This document shows, piece after piece, positions 8,926-15,147 of a stretch of 24,000 nt of DNA. Positions within the stretch are counted from its first letter, which is position 1. Every line of letters begins with the position of its first letter. A program made the position numbers and the translations under genes. The stretch is from Propionicimonas sp. (GTDB lineage: Bacteria; Actinomycetota; Actinomycetes; Propionibacteriales; Propionibacteriaceae), in assembly GCF_013791955.1 (NCBI RefSeq), contig NZ_VMSW01000002.1; one strand, 5' to 3'. Below the pieces are notes generated by a model. It worked only from the letters and a program-made list of their open reading frames with translations, ran no database searches and was not told where the DNA came from.

Positions 8926-9590
8926 TGTTCAACACCGTGCCAATCCATCACCCCGAGCAGAACGCGCTCCAGTCGGCCTACCGACAAAATGGCACCCACG
9001 ACGTCGCATACCTTGACGAGTCCTACCGCATCGAACCAAGCGGCCAGACCTACTACATCATCACCGCAGCAGTCATCGAACACGACCAACGCGACATCGT
9101 CCGCCGCGACATCGTCAGAATCGCCGCCACAACCTACTGGCACACAACCAACGCACTCCAAACAAATGCAGGGCGCACCAAAGCCCGCGAACTACTCGAC
9201 TACCTCGGCGGCCCCTCCGGCACCGAGACCGCATTCATCGCCCACCAACACCCCATCAACGCAGACGACCACGACGGCGAAGCCGCCCGAGAGACCTGCC
9301 TCACCGCGATCCTCCACCACATCAACAAAAACCTGAATGCCGACCTGTTCGTCCTCGAGCGCCGACTCACCCGCATGATGGAAAACCGTGACGCGCGCAC
9401 CAAGAAGATCGCCATCACCCAAGGGCTCATCAGACCCAGCGCACGACTCTTCCAGACCAGCCCGAGCACGGAACCGCTTCTCTGGATCCCAGATCTCATC
9501 TGCAGCGCCTACCGCCACAGCATCACCCAGCAGACTCCGGACCTGTACCAACGCATCAACGCGCTGTGCACGGTCCTCCCCCAAACATGA
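8925..9590 (+). CDS. DUF3800-like protein (tentative)
   Basis: GTG 8925 overlaps the last base of the previous stop codon (TAG, 8923-8925). N-terminal AYLDESY and C-terminal LLWIPDLICSAY resemble the DE...D motifs of DUF3800. Upstream codons of the listed ORF overlap the CoiA-like gene and were dropped. Confidence 0.55.
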   Translation: MFNTVPIHHPEQNALQSAYRQNGTHDVAYLDESYRIEPSGQTYYIITAAVIEHDQRDIVRRDIVRIAATTYWHTTNALQTNAGRTKARELLDYLGGPSGTETAFIAHQHPINADDHDGEAARETCLTAILHHINKNLNADLFVLERRLTRMMENRDARTKKIAITQGLIRPSARLFQTSPSTEPLLWIPDLICSAYRHSITQQTPDLYQRINALCTVLPQT

Positions 9591-9594
9591 AGCA

Positions 9595-9624
9595 GCCCCT
9601 GGCTGCCGCAGCTACACCAGGGGC
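9595..9624 (+). terminator. stem-loop just after the cassette stop (possible terminator, no U-tract)
   Basis: GCCCCTGG (9595-9602) pairs with CCAGGGGC (9617-9624) around a 14-nt loop. It starts 5 nt after the stop at 9590. Confidence 0.3.
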
Positions 9625-9899
9625 CAACAACTCTCACCTAGCGGGAGAAGAAGTCTTGCTCACAGACCACGATACCCGATAGCCCGAATCCTGTCAGCAT
9701 CTCCGAAACCGACAGTCCCTCGCACGCGTGGCCCGCTGCAGCAGGCGACCACGTACCGCCTACTGCTCGCCGAGGACCGCATGGGCCCAAAAGAGCAGGG
9801 ACCGAGCGAGCCGACTAGCGCACCAGGCCTTCACTAGCCACCGTTGACTGAGTGCCGGTGCCGCTGCCAGCAGGTTGCGGTGGGGGTCCGGGTTATGTC

Positions 9900-9928
9900 T
9901 TGCATTACTCGGTGTTTTGTCCTACAAT
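9900..9928 (+). promoter_or_regulatory. sigma-70-type promoter for a leaderless toxin-antitoxin transcript
   Basis: TTGCAT (9900-9905), 17 nt, then TACAAT (9923-9928). The GTG at 9935 lies 7 nt after the -10 box, and there is no SD. Confidence 0.45.
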
Positions 9929-9934
9929 ATTGCC

Positions 9935-10219
9935 GTGGCAGTGAAATGGACCGAAAGCGCAGACAAGCGAGGCATCGACCACAGCGACGCCCTCAACGCC
10001 ATCGCATCAGCCACATACGCCATCCAAGGATTCGGGGACTCAAGGGTTCACACCAGCGGAAGGATCGACCTCTACATCGGCCCAACTCAAGACGGGCAGA
10101 CCGTGCTCGAAGTCATGACCGAGACCACCGGCCGCGACGTCACCGTCTTCCACGTAATGCCCGTGCGGCAGAAGATCCTCGACGCCGCACGGTCCCAACT
10201 CCAAAAGAGGAACAAATGA
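9935..10219 (+). CDS. type II toxin-antitoxin toxin candidate (BrnT/DUF497-like, tentative)
   Basis: 94 aa from GTG 9935 (alternative GTG 9941). It reads KWTESADKRGIDHSDALNAI ... TVFHVMPVRQKI, and its stop overlaps the antitoxin ATG (ATGA at 10216-10219). The toxin-first order fits BrnTA-type pairs. The family call is uncertain. Confidence 0.6.
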   Translation: MAVKWTESADKRGIDHSDALNAIASATYAIQGFGDSRVHTSGRIDLYIGPTQDGQTVLEVMTETTGRDVTVFHVMPVRQKILDAARSQLQKRNK

Positions 10220-10542
10220 CCACCCACACAGACCTGAACGACTTCGCCGAAAACCTAACGGCCCGCGACTTCGCTGGCACCACAGCACACACCGGCGAAC
10301 AAGCCACCACACTGGGCCGCGCCCTACTAGAAAACGCCCTCGGCGGCCCCGAAGGCGTAGACAAAGCACTCGGCGGACGCCCGTCACTGAGCACCGCAGG
10401 CATATCACCATCGCGCACCGTGCGATTGCCCCGCGACCTAGATTCAGCCCTGATCAACCTCGCACGAGCGGAAGGACGCAAACCCAGCGCCATCGTGCGC
10501 GACGCCGTTGCCGACTACCTAGCCCAACACCACGCCAGCTGA
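10216..10542 (+). CDS. ribbon-helix-helix (CopG-like) antitoxin
   Basis: 108 aa. The C-terminal RTVRLPRDLDSALINLARAEGRKPSAIVRDAVADYLAQH fits the RHH pattern. It is translationally coupled to the upstream small gene. Confidence 0.75.
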   Translation: MTTHTDLNDFAENLTARDFAGTTAHTGEQATTLGRALLENALGGPEGVDKALGGRPSLSTAGISPSRTVRLPRDLDSALINLARAEGRKPSAIVRDAVADYLAQHHAS

Positions 10543-10669
10543 CGGAGTACCTACGCCCGTACATAGGAGGAAACTCCTGATGCTGGGACCGCACCTCACG
10601 TGCGTGGGCCGCGCCAACACACGCCAGGGATCGACACAGCTACCCCAAACCACCTACACTGTTTGACGC

Positions 10670-10712
10670 AGACCCCCCCACACACGTGGATCAGGGGGTC
10701 TCGCTGTTTCTC
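10670..10712 (+). terminator. GC-rich compound hairpin followed by a T-rich run
   Basis: AGACCCCC (10670-10677) pairs with GGGGGTCT (10694-10701). An inner CCAC/GTGG pair forms around the CACGTG core, followed by CGCTGTTTCT. Confidence 0.35.
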
Positions 10713-10758
10713 CGGCCTAAACCTCTTGAGGCGCGCGAAAAAGGTCACGCTCAGCCAA

Positions 10759-10852
10759 ATGGGTGCCGTACCACTAACCCAGCCAGGCCACAGCGACACC
10801 GTGCTGCTCACCATCACCCAGGGGCGAATACCACCAAGGCGGCTTCCGTTGC
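10759..10852 (+). pseudogene. degraded 5' fragment of a paralog of the 4050 gene
   Basis: ~10777-10852 aligns by eye to 4056-4132 (AGCCAGGCCACA[A/G]CGACACCGTG[G/C]TGCTCACCATC...GGCGGCTTCC). One extra base breaks the frame, and similarity is lost after ~10852. Confidence 0.5.
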
Positions 10853-10859
10853 CGCTTGA

Positions 10860-10975
10860 CGCGGCGGGCCGGGGGCGCGCGGAAAGAAATCGTGCCGCGC
10901 GGGCCGCCACTGTTTTTCCCTGACCGTCCCTCACGTGCCGGGGCCGCTGCGGCACTAATCCAAAGCGTGTTCCAT
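10860..10975 (-). pseudogene. decayed 5' fragment of a second SARP/BTAD-like gene
   Basis: The minus-strand ATG at 10975 sits in the same SD-ATG context as the intact gene at 13319, but a TAG follows after 6 codons. Downstream nucleotides still resemble the 13319 gene (ATTAGTG..CCGGCAC; GGCAC..CTTCGCG..GGCCC). Confidence 0.35.
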
Positions 10976-11035
10976 CAGGACCCCTTCCTCTCATTCAGGA
11001 GGTGTCTCTTCAGGGCCTCGGTCGGTGCTTCCAAC
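10932..11035. repeat. direct repeat copy X (partner Y at 13287-13382)
   Basis: By-eye alignment gives roughly 75-85% identity over ~100 nt. Shared blocks include CACTAATC, TCCATCAGG, CATT[C/G]AG, GG[A/T]GGTGTC and GGGCCTCG..CGGTGCTTCCAAC. Homology ends at the same CCAAC in both copies. Confidence 0.6.
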
Positions 11036-12457
11036 AGTCTCAACAAACGTTTGGTTCGTTGTTGACCCGGCCAGGACTGGTTGGTCCTGTCGGGTAGCCC
11101 GACTGTGTGGGCGTGTTTGTCGCTCGCGGAATCGGCCGGGGTCGCATCCCCATCGGGTGGCGAACTGGCAGTCGAGATGGGCGAGAACCGCGTCCTTGGA
11201 CATGTGCTGGTCCCGCCCGGCCAGCGAACGTCGCTGGAGGATGACGCGGGAGGCGTTGATGTCGGCGTGGACGCCTTTGCCGCAGAACCCGCACCGGAAC
11301 CGGTCTTGGGTCTTGCGGTTGGTCTTGGTGGTGTAGCCGCAACCAGAGCATTGACGGCTGGTGTGGGCCGGATTCACCGCCGTGACGGTGATGCCGTGAT
11401 CTTCAGTGAGGGCCGCAACTTTGGCGGTAACCGCGGCCCGGCCGGCGATGGTGAGTATCCGGTTCATCCGACGGGACATGCCACCGCCGCGGAAGTCGAG
11501 TTTCTCGACCACGAGCTCGGCAACATTGTCGGTGGCGATCTTGTTGAGGACCCGGCCTACTTCGTTACGGACGTGGCGCCGGAGCCGACGAACCATGGCC
11601 CGGTACCGTTTCGACTGGCTGAGGCGGATGCCTTGGCGTTGCAGGCTGGCGGCAAGGGCCGTCAGTTGGGTGTCGGCGGTGCGGAGCCAGCGGTACAACT
11701 GTTGTCCATGGCGTCTGCCGTCGCTGGTAGCGAACAGGTTCGCCAGCCCCCAGTCCAGACCGAGGACCTTGCCTTCGGACCGTGGGGCCGCGATCGGGGA
11801 GTGTTTGATCACCCGATAGACGATGGGGCCGTGGTCGGGAACATGAACCTGGAGGTAGTTGGCCCGTTGCCCGGCCGCGGCTTGCTCGTAGGGGTTGGTC
11901 CCGAACGGGATCCGGACCGGCCTGGTTCCCGGCACCCCCGAGATCCGTACCCACGTCTGGTGGGGGCCGTTCGGGTTGGCCGGCACCTCATGGGTGGCGA
12001 TCGGACCGTCCATGTTCATCGTCCGGACCGTGGCCAGGTGTGGGAACGGCAGGGTAGTGGACAACAGCCGTTCGACCATCGGTCCTAGTACCGGATGCCC
12101 GAACCACCGCTTAGCTTTGTTGTCCTGATACAGCGCGATCCGGTCCTCATCAGCAACGTCGAGGTCACAGATCAACGCCCTAACTGCGATCACCGCCAGT
12201 TCGCGCCAGGACTCGATAGCGGCGTTGACCTGGTTAACCACACTCTTCCACTGCCGCTGCGACAGATAGCCGGGGAAGGCGCGGGTGTCGAGATAGCCAG
12301 GCCGGATACCTTCCCGGAGCCGCCGCACCACGATCAGTTGAGTGTGAACCAGGCCACGTTGCCACCAGGGCAGAAGATCACGGACCCGCTGCTCCTTGCC
12401 CGGGTTCGCGTGTGACGGTAGTAGATAGGCACGGGTCCGCATCCGGCTATTGCTCAT
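10991..12457 (-). CDS. tnpB: TnpB-like RNA-guided endonuclease (IS200/IS605-family OrfB type), catalytic triad intact
   Basis: 488 aa from ATG 12457 (GGAGG 9 nt upstream). RuvC-I KVLGLDWGLANL, RuvC-II ELVVEKLDF, zinc ribbon CSGCG...CGFCG and RuvC-III VHADINASRV are present. The 57 further upstream codons of the listed ORF are R/P/W-rich and were rejected. The last 15 codons lie inside repeat X. Confidence 0.85.
   Translation of the reverse strand: MSNSRMRTRAYLLPSHANPGKEQRVRDLLPWWQRGLVHTQLIVVRRLREGIRPGYLDTRAFPGYLSQRQWKSVVNQVNAAIESWRELAVIAVRALICDLDVADEDRIALYQDNKAKRWFGHPVLGPMVERLLSTTLPFPHLATVRTMNMDGPIATHEVPANPNGPHQTWVRISGVPGTRPVRIPFGTNPYEQAAAGQRANYLQVHVPDHGPIVYRVIKHSPIAAPRSEGKVLGLDWGLANLFATSDGRRHGQQLYRWLRTADTQLTALAASLQRQGIRLSQSKRYRAMVRRLRRHVRNEVGRVLNKIATDNVAELVVEKLDFRGGGMSRRMNRILTIAGRAAVTAKVAALTEDHGITVTAVNPAHTSRQCSGCGYTTKTNRKTQDRFRCGFCGKGVHADINASRVILQRRSLAGRDQHMSKDAVLAHLDCQFATRWGCDPGRFRERQTRPHSRATRQDQPVLAGSTTNQTFVETVGSTDRGPEETPPE
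11036..11250 (-). ncRNA. putative omega-RNA (reRNA) scaffold overlapping the tnpB 3' end (inferred, not demonstrated)
   Basis: Two adjacent hairpins sit at the 3' extreme. One is TCAACAA/TTGTTGA (11040-11065). The other is CCCG-CAGGAC/GTCCTG-CGGG (11066-11094). They end 4 nt before the X/Y homology breakpoint. The tnpB ORF continues ~86 codons past RuvC-III, as expected where an omega-RNA overlaps the gene. Confidence 0.25.
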
Positions 12458-12665
12458 CGGCGTCGGCCTCCAAGGCGGCGACTGCCGCAGCGGTTCGGCG
12501 TTTGGCCGACCGGAGTCCGTACCGGCGAGCGGCCGAAGCCGTAGATGATCGAGACGAAGTCCAGCGGGCCTCGGCGGCCAGCCAGAACTGATGCGGGCCG
12601 ATCTCCTGGCCCACCCGCCCCGGGTCACATGTGGCCACTTGCCGCAGAGGATAGACCGTGGACAT
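12447..12665 (-). CDS. small hypothetical protein between the SARP-like gene and tnpB
   Basis: 72-aa ORF with ~72% G/C at third positions by my count. ATG 12665 lies 12 nt after the SARP-like stop, and GAGG overlaps that stop. Its own stop overlaps the tnpB start by 11 nt. I recognised no motif. Confidence 0.35.
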   Translation of the reverse strand: MSTVYPLRQVATCDPGRVGQEIGPHQFWLAAEARWTSSRSSTASAARRYGLRSAKRRTAAAVAALEADADEQ

Positions 12666-12677
12666 CAGCCCGCGACC

Positions 12678-13319
12678 TCAGGCCAACGCCAGCGCGGAAT
12701 TGCGCATCGCTGACAGCAGCTCGTCACCGGGCATGACCTGCAGACCGACACCTGCAGCCCAGGCTGCTTGGACCGGTGCGCTCTCGTAGCGGCGGGCCAA
12801 CTCGGTGGCCACGGCGGCGATCCGGATGGTCATCTCGACACGGAGTCGGTCAGCCCATCGGTAGCGGGCCGGATGCACGCCGGCGAGGGGCTGGCCGCTG
12901 ACCAGGCGCAGCGCGGCGGTGAGCTGCGCCGGCGAGCGGGACAGCATCGCACCAGGTGTGTGTCCTGATAGGTCCAGGAAAGCGTGCCAGTCGGTGGCCA
13001 GACGCAGCTGCAGCGAGCCACGCGCCAGATAGGGCCCGTCGGAATCGCCAGCAAGCCAACGCCGAAGCCGCGACACCGCGGTATTGCGCGTGTTCTGGAT
13101 GGTCTCGGCCCGCCGATCAGGCCAAATCGCGTCATCGATCGAGGCTGCGGTCGACGCCGGCACCAGGGCCAGCAGTGCGGCGAGTTCGGTCAGTCGAGCC
13201 ATGTGGGAGGGGTCTGGGGCGGGGCCGTACGCGTCGAGCCGGACAGGGCCGAGGACGCGAAGTGTTGGGGTGCCGCACCAGGTGGCGACGTGTGCCGGTA
13301 GACCACTAATCTGTCCCAT
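12678..13319 (-). CDS. SARP-like regulator (OmpR-type winged helix + C-terminally short BTAD)
   Basis: 213 aa from ATG 13319 (AGGAGG 8 nt upstream). It contains LRVLGPVRLD, IDDAIWPDR...NTRNTAVSRLRRWL and LRLVSGQPLAGVHPARYRWA. It is clearly paralogous to residues ~700-900 of the 956-aa protein at 15728-18598, but it ends ~40-60 aa earlier. Confidence 0.75.
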   Translation of the reverse strand: MGQISGLPAHVATWCGTPTLRVLGPVRLDAYGPAPDPSHMARLTELAALLALVPASTAASIDDAIWPDRRAETIQNTRNTAVSRLRRWLAGDSDGPYLARGSLQLRLATDWHAFLDLSGHTPGAMLSRSPAQLTAALRLVSGQPLAGVHPARYRWADRLRVEMTIRIAAVATELARRYESAPVQAAWAAGVGLQVMPGDELLSAMRNSALALA

Positions 13320-13382
13320 CAGGGAGCCTCCTATGCGCATTGAGCTAGGTGGTGTCCTAGGGCCTCGCGCGGTGCTTCCAAC
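13287..13382. repeat. direct repeat copy Y (partner X at 10932-11035)
   Basis: Covers the 5' UTR, SD, ATG and first codons of the SARP-like gene. See copy X for the alignment. Confidence 0.6.
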
Positions 13383-13392
13383 GCCGCCGGGG

Positions 13393-13414
13393 CCCGCCCA
13401 ATTTCTTGGGCCGG
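13393..13414 (-). terminator. stem-loop between the tad-operon end and repeat Y (possible terminator, no U-tract)
   Basis: GCCCAA-TTTC-TTGGGC at 13396-13411, plus two flanking G:C pairs if one base bulges. It lies ~50 nt downstream of the stop at 13464. Confidence 0.3.
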
Positions 13415-13463
13415 ACGCGGCCAGCTTTGCACGCCCCCCTGACATCTGCCAAGCCCCACACCG

Positions 13464-13922
13464 TCAGCCTGGAACCGGCGTCGAGGTGGTCGGCTGGTCA
13501 CGTAGGCGGATGAGCTGGTCGAAATCGATCCAGGGCAGGCCCATCAGTCCTTGAGCCAGCACGCCCTCCAGTAGGCCCGGATGTAGCAGCGCCGCTGCGG
13601 TGAGCAGCTTCTTCAGCTGGGCGGCTTCGAGTTCGTCGATGGCGTCCTCCTGAGCTGACCGCACCGCAGCCTTGAACCGGGTGCCGAGATCTCGACCACA
13701 CCACAAGCCGCACGCTTGGCGTGCCCGATCACTGGCGCCAACCACCACGCCAGCATCCACCTGCAGGTGGCCAGCAGTGACCAGGTGCTCCAGGTCCTGC
13801 TCTACATCAGATGGATCGAGCCGACCCCGGGCCGCGATCCTGGCCGCGTCGGGGTCCAGGCCGGCATCTAGCAGCAAGATCGCGAGGTGCAGGACGGCAC
13901 CTCCCCGAGATCTCTTCATCAC
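13464..13922 (-). CDS. hypothetical protein, last gene of the tad-linked operon
   Basis: 152-aa ORF. Its ATG overlaps the previous stop (ATGA at 13919-13922). Confidence 0.6.
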   Translation of the reverse strand: MMKRSRGGAVLHLAILLLDAGLDPDAARIAARGRLDPSDVEQDLEHLVTAGHLQVDAGVVVGASDRARQACGLWCGRDLGTRFKAAVRSAQEDAIDELEAAQLKKLLTAAALLHPGLLEGVLAQGLMGLPWIDFDQLIRLRDQPTTSTPVPG

Positions 13923-14302
13923 ACCACCGTCCGGGTCTCTGTGGAGTCGGCACTGTCGGGGTCAGTGGCCCACCACTGCATGACTGGTGGGCCTCCTTCG
14001 GTGTCCCGCTTGGCCTGGATCTGCGTCAGGATGCGCTCCCGCCACTGATCGTGAGTCTCGACGATCTCCGGGGACGACTCGGCGCGCGCGGCGGGCCGCC
14101 GCACCCATCCGACCAGCAAGCCCACTACCACCGCCACGAGAATTACTCCGAGAGACACGTACCCGGCAGCCAGGAGGAACGGCCCGGCCTGATCAGGCGC
14201 GGCTTCAATCCAAACCCCCAGCGCGTGGGTGATACCGGCGCCGAGGATGAGCCCAGCCATCACCGCGCCAGCCGCCAACAGAGGCACCTTGATGTCGTCC
14301 AT
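13919..14302 (-). CDS. hypothetical membrane protein
   Basis: 127 aa from ATG 14302, 2 nt after the previous stop. Three hydrophobic helices: LLAAGAVMAGLILGAGI, FLLAAGYVSLGVILVAVVVGLLVGW. The long upstream part of the listed 308-aa ORF overlaps the 14305 gene and was rejected. Confidence 0.65.
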   Translation of the reverse strand: MDDIKVPLLAAGAVMAGLILGAGITHALGVWIEAAPDQAGPFLLAAGYVSLGVILVAVVVGLLVGWVRRPAARAESSPEIVETHDQWRERILTQIQAKRDTEGGPPVMQWWATDPDSADSTETRTVV

Positions 14303-14304
14303 CG

Positions 14305-15147
14305 TCACGGCCCCGTCACGACGACTTGGATCTCGGTGATCTGCAGCGACCTCGTGTTGGTCAGCCGGAAGTTGATGTCTCCGGACTGGCCCATGCCGGT
14401 CCAGTGCGCAGTCCAGTAGGTCGTGGCGGTGATGGTGACCCGTCCGCGCTTGTCGTAGACGTGACCACAGGTGGGCGACTTGGTCAGTTTGTCCGGGACG
14501 GTCCACTCGGTGCCTTGCTGGCAGGTCACCTTGTCGCCGTCGCCCATCGACCAGACGACCTTGGTGGCTCGAGCAGTGAGCGTGACTCCGCCGGCGGAAA
14601 TGGTGTTGGGTCCCCACGTCCGCGGGGTGGGGTTCTCGACCCACATCCACACCGGAACACCGACGGTGCCGACATTGCCCGCGCCCTGACGCGGCACCAT
14701 CCCCATATCGATCTTGGTCAGATGCATCTGGCTGAGTAGCTGTCGCGCGATTGTCTCCGGATCCACCGCCGCCACGTACCACCACTCGTCCAAGTACTGA
14801 TTGTCGCCGAGCATCTGGGTGCCGAGGCAGTGGATGTGCGCCCACCCGGGCGGGCCGTAACCCCCATATTGGGGCATGTTGATGTAGAGCCAGTCACCGT
14901 CATCAGGCACCGCGCTGTTGATGTCGAACGCGGGGCAGCGAGGTAGGTCCGGCACCCCATCGCTCCCACCGCCGTCATTGTCTCCGCCACCACCGCCGGT
15001 TTTGTCACACACAGTGCATGTCACTGAGCCACCACCACCGTCCCCACATCCGGGCGGGCACATCTCAGGGGCGGCGTGCGCGGGGACAGCGGTCCATACG
15101 AGTCCAACGAGCGCGGCGGCGATGATTAGGGGTAGTCGCTTCAGCAT
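14305..15147 (-). CDS. secreted Cys/Gly-rich protein of unknown function
   Basis: 280 aa from ATG 15147. Signal peptide MLKRLPLIIAAALVGLVWTAVPAHA, then CPPGCGDGGGGSVTCTVCDKTGGGGGDNDGGGSDG and a beta-rich C-terminal domain (GVPVWMWVENPTPRTWGP...). Confidence 0.75.
   Translation of the reverse strand: MLKRLPLIIAAALVGLVWTAVPAHAAPEMCPPGCGDGGGGSVTCTVCDKTGGGGGDNDGGGSDGVPDLPRCPAFDINSAVPDDGDWLYINMPQYGGYGPPGWAHIHCLGTQMLGDNQYLDEWWYVAAVDPETIARQLLSQMHLTKIDMGMVPRQGAGNVGTVGVPVWMWVENPTPRTWGPNTISAGGVTLTARATKVVWSMGDGDKVTCQQGTEWTVPDKLTKSPTCGHVYDKRGRVTITATTYWTAHWTGMGQSGDINFRLTNTRSLQITEIQVVVTGP

Noticed and set aside
9388-9837. A 149-aa plus-strand ORF spanning the end of the DUF3800-like gene and the following gap. 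I also examined the ~310-nt non-coding stretch 9591-9899.
   Set aside because: The ORF is out of frame with the supported gene and Ser/Arg/Pro-rich. In the gap I found only short 5-bp stems and no tRNA-like or repeat structure, so I make no RNA call.
11081-12088. A 335-aa plus-strand ORF antisense to tnpB. Similar long antisense ORFs occur at 15731-16354, 17585-18268, 2152-2754, 619-1035 and 22328-22936.
   Set aside because: These are shadow ORFs opposite well-supported genes. Their composition is Gly/Arg/Val/Pro-rich, with no motifs and no SD or start context.
12458-12628. An upstream extension of the tnpB ORF, giving the 545-aa version
   Set aside because: The 57 extra codons are R/P/W/G-rich. 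They overlap the 72-aa ORF, which has better third-position GC, and ATG 12457 has a GGAGG upstream.
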